Origin: Pseudomonadota bacterium
GTDB lineage: Bacteria > Pseudomonadota > Gammaproteobacteria > JAAEPA01
Reading direction: 5' to 3'
Assembly (NCBI GenBank): GCA_039714615.1
Contig: JBDLIZ010000001.1
Location: forward strand, 1-34,633
Length of the DNA stretch: 34,633 nt
Shown here: one piece after another, positions 9,294 to 17,001 of the stretch
Position numbering within the stretch: the first letter of the stretch is position 1
Layout: each line of letters begins with the position of its first letter
The notes under the pieces: generated by a model
What the model saw: only the letters and a program-made list of their open reading frames with translations
What the model was told of the DNA's origin: nothing
Databases searched by the model: none
Made by a program: the position numbers and the translations under genes

Positions 9294-9367
9294 GTAGGTT
9301 GGTTTAGCGTAGAGCAACCCGACAAGTTGTTGAATTTGCTCGGTTACAGTGCGCCAAACCAACCTAC
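9294..9367. repeat. REP-like palindromic element (gtaggttgg...ccaacctac type)
   Basis: gtaggttggtttagcg at 9294 pairs with cgccaaaccaacctac ending at 9367 (15 of 16 complementary). It shares the gtaggttgg end motif with the element at 34282..34417. Confidence 0.55.
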
Positions 9368-9480
9368 GAAGAAACTCTTGTGACACCCCAAAGGGAGAAG
9401 GCGTTATATGACCTGCTACCCAAAGGCGGAGGATATACTGAGCCCTCATTTGAACTCTCTGTTAATAAATACAAACCAAA

Positions 9481-10263
9481 ATGCAAGAAAATAAGGGCTA
9501 TGTAGACGCCCAGTATTTGCATACAGCTGCCAAGCAGCTCGAACCCATAAAGCGTCGCAGCTATGAGTTAATGCGTATTTTCCCTGGGCAGACGATTCTG
9601 GACGTGGGTTGTGGGCCGGGTATTGACACCATAGAAATCGCACAGTTAGTAGGAAAAACTGGGCATGTCATCGGCATCGACAAGGACCCGGAAATGATTT
9701 CCAGAGCAAATGCGTATGCAGAAAGAATCAGTCTCAATGGCTATGTTAAACACCGCAGATCTGAGGCAGGTGCACTTAAATTTAAATCGGAGCATTTTGA
9801 TGCCTGTCGCAGTGAACGACTGTTCATGCATTTGCTAGATCCCGAACAGGCTTTGAGTGAAATGATTCGAGTAACAAAACCCGGTGGCTGGATTGTTGTC
9901 GTCGATACTGACTGGGGTAGCCTCTCAATAGACACAACCGAAATAGAAGTCGAGCGTCGACTCGCCCGCTTCCGGGCAGAAAAGATTCTAAATAACGGTT
10001 ATTCCGGTCGGCGATTGTATCGAATGTTTAGGGAACAGCAACTCAGGGAACTCTCTCTAGAAATTATCCCTTTACATGTACCAGATCTCACCTTGTGCCG
10101 ATATCTGACAAGAATGGAGGAAGTCGAGCAGCAAGCGACTAAAAAGGGTATCATCACCTGCTCAGAACTAGAATATTGGCGCACCAACCTGGAACATACC
10201 AACATAGCCAGCTGCTTTTTTGCAAGCCTAAATATAGTCATTTCTGCTGGTTGTAAACCGTAA
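9481..10263 (+). CDS. Class I SAM-dependent methyltransferase
   Basis: Motif I ILDVGCGPGIDT, then VIGIDKD and a post-I acidic region. 260 aa. Confidence 0.8.
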   Translation: MQENKGYVDAQYLHTAAKQLEPIKRRSYELMRIFPGQTILDVGCGPGIDTIEIAQLVGKTGHVIGIDKDPEMISRANAYAERISLNGYVKHRRSEAGALKFKSEHFDACRSERLFMHLLDPEQALSEMIRVTKPGGWIVVVDTDWGSLSIDTTEIEVERRLARFRAEKILNNGYSGRRLYRMFREQQLRELSLEIIPLHVPDLTLCRYLTRMEEVEQQATKKGIITCSELEYWRTNLEHTNIASCFFASLNIVISAGCKP

Positions 10264-10374
10264 TAATTATAATGAGACCCTACCGACGGGAATTGAGTTA
10301 GGAAACTATTTTTTGCCCTCCCGGCCAGAAGTAAGACAAGGATAAATCTAGTGAGGGCCTGGCCTAGAACAGCG

Positions 10375-11538
10375 TTAAAAACGATAAGCTGCCAGAATAG
10401 CTAGCATGTCCCAACGCTTTTCAGTTCCTTCCTGGTTCTCTAGCTGCGATAGCCAGCCCGTGCCGTCGATTAAATGGTATTCGGCGCGTAACATAAAGGT
10501 CGTAGTAACATCCCACCGAATACCAACAGCCCAATCCTTGGCAAAACGGATATGCGCGGGAATTCCCGTTGCCTCCTCAAATTCTTTTCCGTTACGATCA
10601 TCCCTATTCCAAATAAGTTGGTCATAACGCAGCATTGCCTCCCATTGCGGATTTAATCGATAGGTCCCTTGAATGTAAAAACTCTCACCGGTAAAGCTTG
10701 ATATGCCAAAACCCTGGAAATTAGAACGCCGCACCGCATATTCTCCAGTAAGACTCCACTTATCAGCGTTGTATTGAGCAGAAAACATCACTGGCTTGAA
10801 TTCAAATTTTCCTGTTTCGGGCTCTGGATCCCCAGCCACGGGTACAAACTTGGCCTTCCAGCTTGCTGTCGATAGTGCAAGCCTAATTTTTCCCGCATCC
10901 TTTTCGTATACAAGACGCCCTACCCAGGATGTTTGACCAGTGAGGTCACCTGGCGCAGATCCAGTAATAACATTTACAAAATCCGGATCATCTACTCGAG
11001 GCCGAAACACATTAAACTGCAAGAAAAAATCCCCGAAATCAGTGCGGCGTTCCCCATATAACTGCCCCCCATCACCGGATAATGCGAACTGGCGATTGAC
11101 ATCGAAGTATACGGACTGAGGCAACAAGATACTGGGCCGGGTAAATGGCATATCCCGGGTATCGTTGTACAGGCCGAAGGGGTTTACGACCCGTCCCAGG
11201 CGTACCCCCCAGAGATTTTCGACATCGGATAAAAAACTGTAATCCACAAATCCATAGTCTATCCTCGGATCACCATCGTCAGTTTCTCCAGCCTTTCGCG
11301 AGACCACTTGCAGGGACAACTGCAGATCGGGCCGGGCCCGCCATGAACTATTGATACCCAACTCCCAAAAATCTACATCTCCATTACCCTTGGTATCCCC
11401 GAAGAAGTTATTCTTTGAAGTATTGAAGTATCCCAGCGAGGCAAAACCGTGAATCTGCACCGAATCCGGAAGTGCAAACTCGGTGTATCCTGGCTGGCAG
11501 GCGACCAGCGACAAGAGGAACACAAACCTCATCGCCAT
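10375..11538 (-). CDS. Outer-membrane beta-barrel (porin-like) protein
   Basis: Signal peptide MAMRFVFLLSLVAC, alternating aromatic/polar strand pattern throughout, and C-terminal ...ILAAYRF ending in Phe. Start chosen at 11538 instead of the listed 11574. Confidence 0.6.
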   Translation of the reverse strand: MAMRFVFLLSLVACQPGYTEFALPDSVQIHGFASLGYFNTSKNNFFGDTKGNGDVDFWELGINSSWRARPDLQLSLQVVSRKAGETDDGDPRIDYGFVDYSFLSDVENLWGVRLGRVVNPFGLYNDTRDMPFTRPSILLPQSVYFDVNRQFALSGDGGQLYGERRTDFGDFFLQFNVFRPRVDDPDFVNVITGSAPGDLTGQTSWVGRLVYEKDAGKIRLALSTASWKAKFVPVAGDPEPETGKFEFKPVMFSAQYNADKWSLTGEYAVRRSNFQGFGISSFTGESFYIQGTYRLNPQWEAMLRYDQLIWNRDDRNGKEFEEATGIPAHIRFAKDWAVGIRWDVTTTFMLRAEYHLIDGTGWLSQLENQEGTEKRWDMLAILAAYRF

Positions 11539-11595
11539 ACCCCGGCAGTCCGTGGTATTCAGTATGTTGAACATCCTACCTGCAAGCCTCGATAC

Positions 11596-12021
11596 TCATT
11601 GCGATTTAAGATCCAGAATCTGGACACTATTGTCGATCATCTCCTCAGTCAGATAGCCGATGGCGCCTGGAGTGGCCGCCACCATCTTTAGCATCTCCTG
11701 CTCCGAGTCGACCTTGGTGGGGGCCTGACCGGTTCCAGAATAAACCAATCTGTCCCAAAAATAACGTAACTGGTGAGGGAAGACATCAAGCTTTTGTTTT
11801 GTAAAGCTAACGTGTATCCTGGCCTCATCGTCCATCACAAATACTTGCACGGGGGTACCGTCCGGCCAACTGCGAAGCCGCATGCTGAAGATGGCACGAA
11901 GGGCATTCAGTCTGATCCCCTCAGAGGATAGGTTGGGATTAACGATGATCTCTTGGGCAATGGTGTACTGGGGAAGGCTTGAGAGCAGTAGGACTGGTAA
12001 CAGAAAGATGCCTCTGCGCAT
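11596..12021 (-). CDS. Small periplasmic PstS/PBP-like domain protein
   Basis: Signal peptide MRRGIFLLPVLLLSS...AQE. ALRAIFSMRLRSWPDGTPVQVF and TPGAIGYL resemble phosphate-binding-protein-like domains. It lies 21 nt upstream of the barrel gene on the same strand. Start taken at 12021. Confidence 0.5.
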   Translation of the reverse strand: MRRGIFLLPVLLLSSLPQYTIAQEIIVNPNLSSEGIRLNALRAIFSMRLRSWPDGTPVQVFVMDDEARIHVSFTKQKLDVFPHQLRYFWDRLVYSGTGQAPTKVDSEQEMLKMVAATPGAIGYLTEEMIDNSVQILDLKSQ

Positions 12022-12612
12022 AGGCCGGCAAAAGATCTGCTGCAGCACCTTATGTGAAATGACGGATCTAAGTAGCAATATAACAGAGGCTGTGAATGTT
12101 AAAGGACTTTTTTGCGGTACAGAAACGCCTGTCAAGTCATATTTCATTTTTATCTTCCAACCATTCTCGACCTATCGGCATCAAGGCTCGAGATACAGGG
12201 GCTATGCCTTTATAATATACTCGTCACCAATGGGTATAAACAGCGAATTGTCATAAATATGTAAGATAGTATATTCGTTCTTTGTACATCCCGGGAATTG
12301 ATCAAGCTCAGAGTGATATTATCTGGCAAGATGCGGCATTATAACCATGACGACCACGGCAAGAAAAAAAATGGAATGGTGATGGTCGTGAGGACCACTG
12401 AGCAACCCAGAAAAGATAAGCGCACCAATTTACCAGACCGACAAGCACCAAATAAAACTATAACTATGCATTCTATTATTTTAGATTTCCTAATCCACGA
12501 GTATCTACACCTTTCATAACCTCGCGCTCCAAATGGCGTTGTTCTTCCTATTTATTGTGCTTCTTTTCTTCCATTAATCGCTGCTGCTCCATCCCCATCC
12601 TCATCTGTCAAT

Positions 12613-12723
12613 GCACCACTGCGCATCGAAGAAGGGGCCCGTGGCATCATCTGGACCGCCACACTCCCGGAAGACGGACCTAATGGTGGATTCTTTCGGC
12701 ACGGTGAGCCGATTGCGTGGTGA
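12613..12723 (+). pseudogene. C-terminal remnant of a short-chain dehydrogenase/reductase
   Basis: Translates to [36 protein letters not shown]-stop, a typical carbonyl-reductase-like SDR C-terminus. No Rossmann or catalytic part lies upstream; the preceding sequence is AT-rich and unrelated. Confidence 0.4.
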
Positions 12724-12780
12724 CCCTTGCACTGCTGGAATGCCCCAGATTAACAACATTATTAGAGCATAAATCACACG

Positions 12781-13464
12781 TTAAATTTCCCTTGCAGATG
12801 GAAGATCTGTGAATATGCTATTGCTCATCCATGCAGTGATATTATGCGTGAGCATTTTATCTCCGACTATTTTCAAAGACCCGTCTCGAATGGCTTTTTT
12901 ATAGGTGTTATCCCCCATCCAGATATCTGCCATGGTTTTAACGCTAGATGTAAAGTAAACATCAATGTCTTTCCCCGGATCTTTGACACAAAGATCAATT
13001 TCCTCACCTATAACTACCAGCCACCAGTCAGGGTAATTTTCTATATCGGTAAACTTGAACCGAATTACGGTTTCCTTGCCGACGAGTTTACTCGGAACGA
13101 TGCTGCGTTTCAGGTACACCATCAGGAGCTCTACATCGTAGTCTTTTTCTGTCAGGTTAGATCGCGCCCAACACATACCCCATTCGCCTAGTCTGCGAAT
13201 AATAGGTAATAACTCCTGACAGGATTCAGTTGGAAAATATTCATAACCGCGCTGGCCCGGTATTTTCTTCTTCAATACCAGACCATGCTCAGACAGTGCC
13301 TCCAGACGCCTAGAGAGAATGGTAGGCGAAATCAGGCTCAGCCCTCGCTGTAATTCATTAAAGCGGGAACCGCCCATAAGCAGCTCGCGGATAATCAGCA
13401 AGGTCCATTTTTCTCCAATAATTTCAGTAGCCTTAGCTATTGGGCAAAACTGGCCATACTCCAT
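12781..13464 (-). CDS. HxlR-family winged-helix transcriptional regulator with C-terminal extension
   Basis: N-terminus CPIAKATEIIGEKWTLLIIRELLMGGSRFNELQRGL..ISPTILSRRLEALSEHGLV is a classic HxlR signature. 227 aa, so about 120 extra C-terminal residues. Confidence 0.85.
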   Translation of the reverse strand: MEYGQFCPIAKATEIIGEKWTLLIIRELLMGGSRFNELQRGLSLISPTILSRRLEALSEHGLVLKKKIPGQRGYEYFPTESCQELLPIIRRLGEWGMCWARSNLTEKDYDVELLMVYLKRSIVPSKLVGKETVIRFKFTDIENYPDWWLVVIGEEIDLCVKDPGKDIDVYFTSSVKTMADIWMGDNTYKKAIRDGSLKIVGDKMLTHNITAWMSNSIFTDLPSAREI

Positions 13465-13493
13465 AAGTGGTAAATCTTCAGCAGGTCTTGAAA

Positions 13494-13535
13494 GTGTAGT
13501 TAGTTACTATATTTTGTGTAGTTAGATGCTACACA
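13494..13535. promoter_or_regulatory. Candidate operator in the hxlR / ahpD-like divergent promoter region
   Basis: Direct repeat gtgtagttag at 13494 and 13516, plus inverted repeat tgtgtag (13515-13521) / ctacaca (13529-13535), inside the 164-nt divergent spacer. Confidence 0.3.
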
Positions 13536-13628
13536 ATTGAAAGTATTTTTCAAGGTGCCCCATGCCTATAGTTTACACATCGCAGCAACATTTGTTCTGC
13601 GGGCAATGACCAACAAAAGAGGTGCCAC

Positions 13629-14198
13629 ATGCAACCATTTAGACTCTATAACGCAGAAAACGCGCAACCACCAGCAGACAGTCTACTAACCGCCGTTGAA
13701 GACCAACTCGGCTTTATTCCGAATGTATTTGCAGTTATCGCGGGATCTTCACCCGCGTTAAAGGCATTTATCGAGCTTAACGGGCGGTTTGCAGAATCCG
13801 CATTCAACGCCACTTCTCGCGAAATCATACAAATAGCCGCAAGCGTGGAAAATCAGTGTAGCTACTGCGTAGCCGGTCACACGGCATTCGCTGAAATGCA
13901 ACATGTATCAACTGAGGTCATTGATGCAATACGCAGCAACCAACCCATTGCAGACACCAAGCTTGAGGCGCTCAACCAGTTCACACGGTCACTGGTTCGT
14001 AACAGGGGCATGATTTCAGACAAGCAAGTCCAGCAATTCCTTAATGCCGGTTATACGCCAACACATGTGATTGATGTCATTCTCGGCATATGCGTCAAAA
14101 CTTTCAGCAACCTCGCCAATAACGTGATTGGTATACCTCTGGATGACGAATTTGCCGAGCACGCATGGCAAACCGACATACATCATCAGGCTGCCTAA
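13629..14198 (+). CDS. Carboxymuconolactone decarboxylase / AhpD-like peroxidase-fold protein
   Basis: CxxC-H motif ENQCSYCVAGH in a helical, roughly 190-aa protein. It is divergent from the HxlR regulator, a common pairing. aagagg RBS upstream. Confidence 0.75.
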   Translation: MQPFRLYNAENAQPPADSLLTAVEDQLGFIPNVFAVIAGSSPALKAFIELNGRFAESAFNATSREIIQIAASVENQCSYCVAGHTAFAEMQHVSTEVIDAIRSNQPIADTKLEALNQFTRSLVRNRGMISDKQVQQFLNAGYTPTHVIDVILGICVKTFSNLANNVIGIPLDDEFAEHAWQTDIHHQAA

Positions 14199-14215
14199 AA
14201 AACATCTAACCATTA

Positions 14216-14379
14216 TACCCATGACGAATGAGTTTTCAGGACCCATAGCACGTCGCCTTTGCCGCATAGCCGCGTTAGAACACGAAAACCATAGAAAAAA
14301 CTATGCCTTACGTATTCTGCCTTGCTCTGCGACAAACTCGACGCACTCTGCGCATCCGAAAACCCATCCGTCATGGGTA
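14216..14379. mobile_element. Foldback MITE family A, copy 2 (164 bp)
   Basis: tacccatgacgaatgagttttcagga ... tccgaaaacccatccgtcatgggta. Nearly identical to copy 3 and about 80 percent similar to copy 1. It ends 24 nt before the ATG at 14404. Confidence 0.9.
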
Positions 14380-14403
14380 TAAACAAAACAGGAGTAAAAA
14401 ACG

Positions 14404-15465
14404 ATGAGCATAGATATGAGCAAAGTTGAACAGTTTGCCGGGCAGGTCGTCTCCGATATTAGTGCCACTTTTTCAGGTGTGATGACCAATATCGGGCACA
14501 AGCTGGGGCTCTACAAAGCCATGGCTGGAACAGGCCCCATTACGTCGCAAAGCTTGGCTGACAAAACAGGCACATATGAACGTTATGTGCGCGAGTGGCT
14601 TAATAATCAGACAGCAGGTGGTTATGTCATCTATGACGCAGAGACAAACACTTATACGTTGCCTGATGAACACATCCCGGTGCTGGTTGATGATGAAAGC
14701 CCTGTCTTTCTTGTACCGGCACTGGATGTGGCCTCTTCCTTGTGGCTGGACGAAGATAAAGTCGCAGACGTTTTTCGCAGCGGTGAAGGCATCGCCTGGT
14801 CCGATCATCACCACCGCCTGTTCTGTGGCAGCGAAGCACTATTTCGCCCCGGTTACAAGGCCCATCTCACCACCAGTTGGATCAACTCACTCGACGGTGT
14901 TAAAGACAAGCTTAAAGCGGGCGCGAAGGTGGCCGATGTTGGATGTGGCCATGGAGCCTCCACCATCGTGATGGCCCAAGAGTACCCCAATTCTACATTC
15001 TATGGTTTCGACAGCCATAAAGATTCCGTCGAAATTGCACGGCAACGGGCAACTGAAGCAGGCCTGAAGGGTAACATTCATTTCAGCGTCGCCAAGGCGA
15101 AGGACTACACCGAAACGGATTTTAACCTGATCTGTTTCATGGACTGTTTACATGATATGGGCGACCCTGTGGGTGCAGCACAACATGCAAAACAATCCTT
15201 AAAATCTGGCGGAACCGTTATGTTGGTTGAGCCGGCTGCCGGAGATGCCGTGAATGACACCATCAATCCGGTAAGCCGTCTTTATTACGCAGCATCAACC
15301 GCAGTGTGTACACCCTGTTCACTATCGCAGGAAGTAGGACTCGCGCTGGGTGCTCAAGCTGGCGAAAAGCGCTTATCCGATGTAATGAGGGACGCTGGAT
15401 TCAATAATATCCGGCGCGCGGCAGAGACTCCGTTTAACATAGTACTCGAAGCAAGAATAAATTGA
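14404..15465 (+). CDS. SAM-dependent methyltransferase with N-terminal winged-helix-like domain
   Basis: Motif I VADVGCGHGAST, then FYGFDSH and CFMDCLHDMGDP. aggag RBS 8 nt upstream. 353 aa. Confidence 0.75.
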   Translation: MSIDMSKVEQFAGQVVSDISATFSGVMTNIGHKLGLYKAMAGTGPITSQSLADKTGTYERYVREWLNNQTAGGYVIYDAETNTYTLPDEHIPVLVDDESPVFLVPALDVASSLWLDEDKVADVFRSGEGIAWSDHHHRLFCGSEALFRPGYKAHLTTSWINSLDGVKDKLKAGAKVADVGCGHGASTIVMAQEYPNSTFYGFDSHKDSVEIARQRATEAGLKGNIHFSVAKAKDYTETDFNLICFMDCLHDMGDPVGAAQHAKQSLKSGGTVMLVEPAAGDAVNDTINPVSRLYYAASTAVCTPCSLSQEVGLALGAQAGEKRLSDVMRDAGFNNIRRAAETPFNIVLEARIN

Positions 15466-15482
15466 GCAGCACTTGAACACGT

Positions 15483-15508
15483 ATGCGCCCTACGGGGCGC
15501 ATCTTTGT
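15483..15508 (+). terminator. Rho-independent terminator-like hairpin after the methyltransferase
   Basis: atgcgccc-tacg-gggcgcat forms a perfect 8-bp stem with a 4-nt loop, followed by ctttgtg. It lies 18 nt after the stop. Confidence 0.55.
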
Positions 15509-15536
15509 GAGAACTATTTTATGTGAGTACATTTCT

Positions 15537-15597
15537 CTAGGAGCCTGTCGGACTTAGGACTAGTGCGGAAAAACCGGATTTGGAATGTCTAAAATAC
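15537..15597. mobile_element. MITE family B, isolated terminal fragment
   Basis: ctaggagcctgtcggacttaggac is 24/24 identical to the reverse complement of the end at 16972..16995. Similarity continues for about 52 nt (tagtgcggaaaaaccggatttgg). No partner end follows within the next 150 nt. Confidence 0.75.
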
Positions 15598-15720
15598 GCT
15601 GATTCTCAGCCATTTGAGTATTTACTTCGAAGGACTACAGAAATTTCCAGGTTCAGTATGAATCACAATAATCTGTATTCAGTCCCGCATTATCGTAAAT
15701 GAATTGGATTACTATCCCCC

Positions 15721-16617
15721 TCACTCGTCATACATCTGCTTCCCCAGATCTTCGCGTGTTTTATCAATCTCGGTATTCCGGCGGTCCGTCCAAACAGATT
15801 TGCGTTGGTCGATGCGTTGCTCTCTAGCCTTTTTCTTCAGGGGAATCGTACGCTCACCGAACAGCACTTGTTTCAGAAAACGAAAACTGAATTGCAGTAA
15901 TTTGTCCTCATCAGCGGTCAGTTCATTCAATAAACTTTTATCTAGATCGAAGATATCAGTGAATCCTTTGCTCTGAATAAACTCCCTGAAACTGTCCATG
16001 TCATAACTGCACATGTCGAAAAGCTGCAGGCTGCGCTCCGATGGTCTGCCTACGGTGGGTCCGCTGGTGCGTTTCTTGATGACGATATCACGCCATTCAC
16101 GGTTCATCTCATCATATACGTCAACACCCTGCCCGCTGCGGTATTGGCCTACAGTCTGCGTGACCGGCTGGTTATGACCCAGGCAGTGGTCCTCTTTGAC
16201 GCTAAAATAGACATCTTCAACCTGGGCACTTTCTGTTTTGCGCACACCCATGTTACCCAGTGCATAATAACGGCAGGCGGTAGGTCGATCCTCATAAACA
16301 CCACACCCCTGCTCGGTCAGGTGGATACATTGCGAAGTTCCGGGCTTGGTAACCATTTTCAGCCCCGGCATGCCGTGGGCATCCATCTCGAAGGGCATCG
16401 TATAACGGGCAACGTATTCCTTGGAGTCCATCTTTAAACGCCGCTTCAGGCGCAGGATGTCATAGGGTGTGATAAGGATGTCTATATTTTTGCAACAGGC
16501 ATTGAAGCAGGCGATACCCTTGTGACAATTGAATTGAAACTCGCTGTCAAGGGTCAATTCAACGGGTTTTACCGGGCTCTCAAAAGGAATATTTTGTTTG
16601 ATATCATTTGGATCCAT
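15721..16617 (-). CDS. YkgJ-family (CxxCxxCC) cysteine-cluster protein with long C-terminal extension
   Basis: FNCHKGIACFNACCKN plus CIHLTEQGCGVYEDRPTACRYY is the UPF0153/YkgJ motif set. 298 aa, about twice the usual size. Confidence 0.7.
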   Translation of the reverse strand: MDPNDIKQNIPFESPVKPVELTLDSEFQFNCHKGIACFNACCKNIDILITPYDILRLKRRLKMDSKEYVARYTMPFEMDAHGMPGLKMVTKPGTSQCIHLTEQGCGVYEDRPTACRYYALGNMGVRKTESAQVEDVYFSVKEDHCLGHNQPVTQTVGQYRSGQGVDVYDEMNREWRDIVIKKRTSGPTVGRPSERSLQLFDMCSYDMDSFREFIQSKGFTDIFDLDKSLLNELTADEDKLLQFSFRFLKQVLFGERTIPLKKKAREQRIDQRKSVWTDRRNTEIDKTREDLGKQMYDE

Positions 16618-16705
16618 GGATGGAACTCCTCCCGGTCATAGCGCCGGATACAATAGAGCCCATTGGTATTTTCCGATCGTCGCTACCGGTAACTTCAACA
16701 GACCC

Positions 16706-16743
16706 AAAATAAAAAGGCCGGGCACCCGAAGGTGACCGGCCTT
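16706..16743 (-). terminator. Rho-independent terminator downstream of aprBA (beyond MITE-B)
   Basis: The minus-strand RNA reads aaggccggucacc-UUCG-ggugcccggccuu: a 13-bp stem with one mismatch and a UUCG loop, followed directly by uuuauuuu. Confidence 0.75.
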
Positions 16744-16756
16744 CTAAATCAGTCGC

Positions 16757-16995
16757 CTAGGAGTCTATCGGACTTAGGCGGTCGTAGCGAGGGAAAGACG
16801 GTCTGAGGCAGATTTCTCGATCGTTTGATGCCAACCCTCCCTGGTTGGCCCTCGTTGAGCAGCCAGAGGCTGTCCAAATCCGCTCCCGGCGGATTTGTGA
16901 GGCGAATAGCCGTAGCGTGTAACGAAAAGGATCGATAAATCTGTTCAAATCCGGCTTTTCCGCAGTAGACCGTCCTAAGTCCGACAGGCTCCTAG
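16757..16995. mobile_element. Foldback MITE family B, full copy (239 bp)
   Basis: ctaggagtctatcggacttagg ... cctaagtccgacaggctcctag. Arm similarity extends about 75 nt inward. Internal hairpins are gccaacc-ctccc-tggttggc and caaatccgc-tccc-ggcggatttg. CTAG is present at both ends. Confidence 0.85.
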
Positions 16996-17001
16996 ACCTG
17001 T

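Noticed and set aside
9207-9449. 80-aa minus-strand ORF between the acyltransferase and the methyltransferase
   Set aside because: It spans the REP-like palindrome and several small hairpins, with no RBS. It is probably non-coding structured spacer.
12228-12241. aatgggtataaaca resembling the right end plus flank of MITE-A copy 2
   Set aside because: Only about a 12-nt match with no adjacent element sequence, so it could be chance or an old footprint. Not supportable.
12298-12519. 73-aa ORF in the AT-rich spacer
   Set aside because: TTG start, no RBS, Lys/His-rich low-complexity translation, in a region that looks like decayed non-coding DNA.
14301-14501. ORFs 14301..14501 (-) and 24257..24439 (-) sharing the peptide THDGWVFGCAECV..F..EQGRIRKA
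   Set aside because: The shared peptide is simply the translation of MITE-A copies 2 and 3. The ORFs start or end at arbitrary flanking positions and copy 1 does not preserve the frame.
16757-16948. ORF 16757..16948 (-) of 63 aa
   Set aside because: It lies entirely within MITE-B, has no RBS, and the sequence is better explained as hairpin arms.
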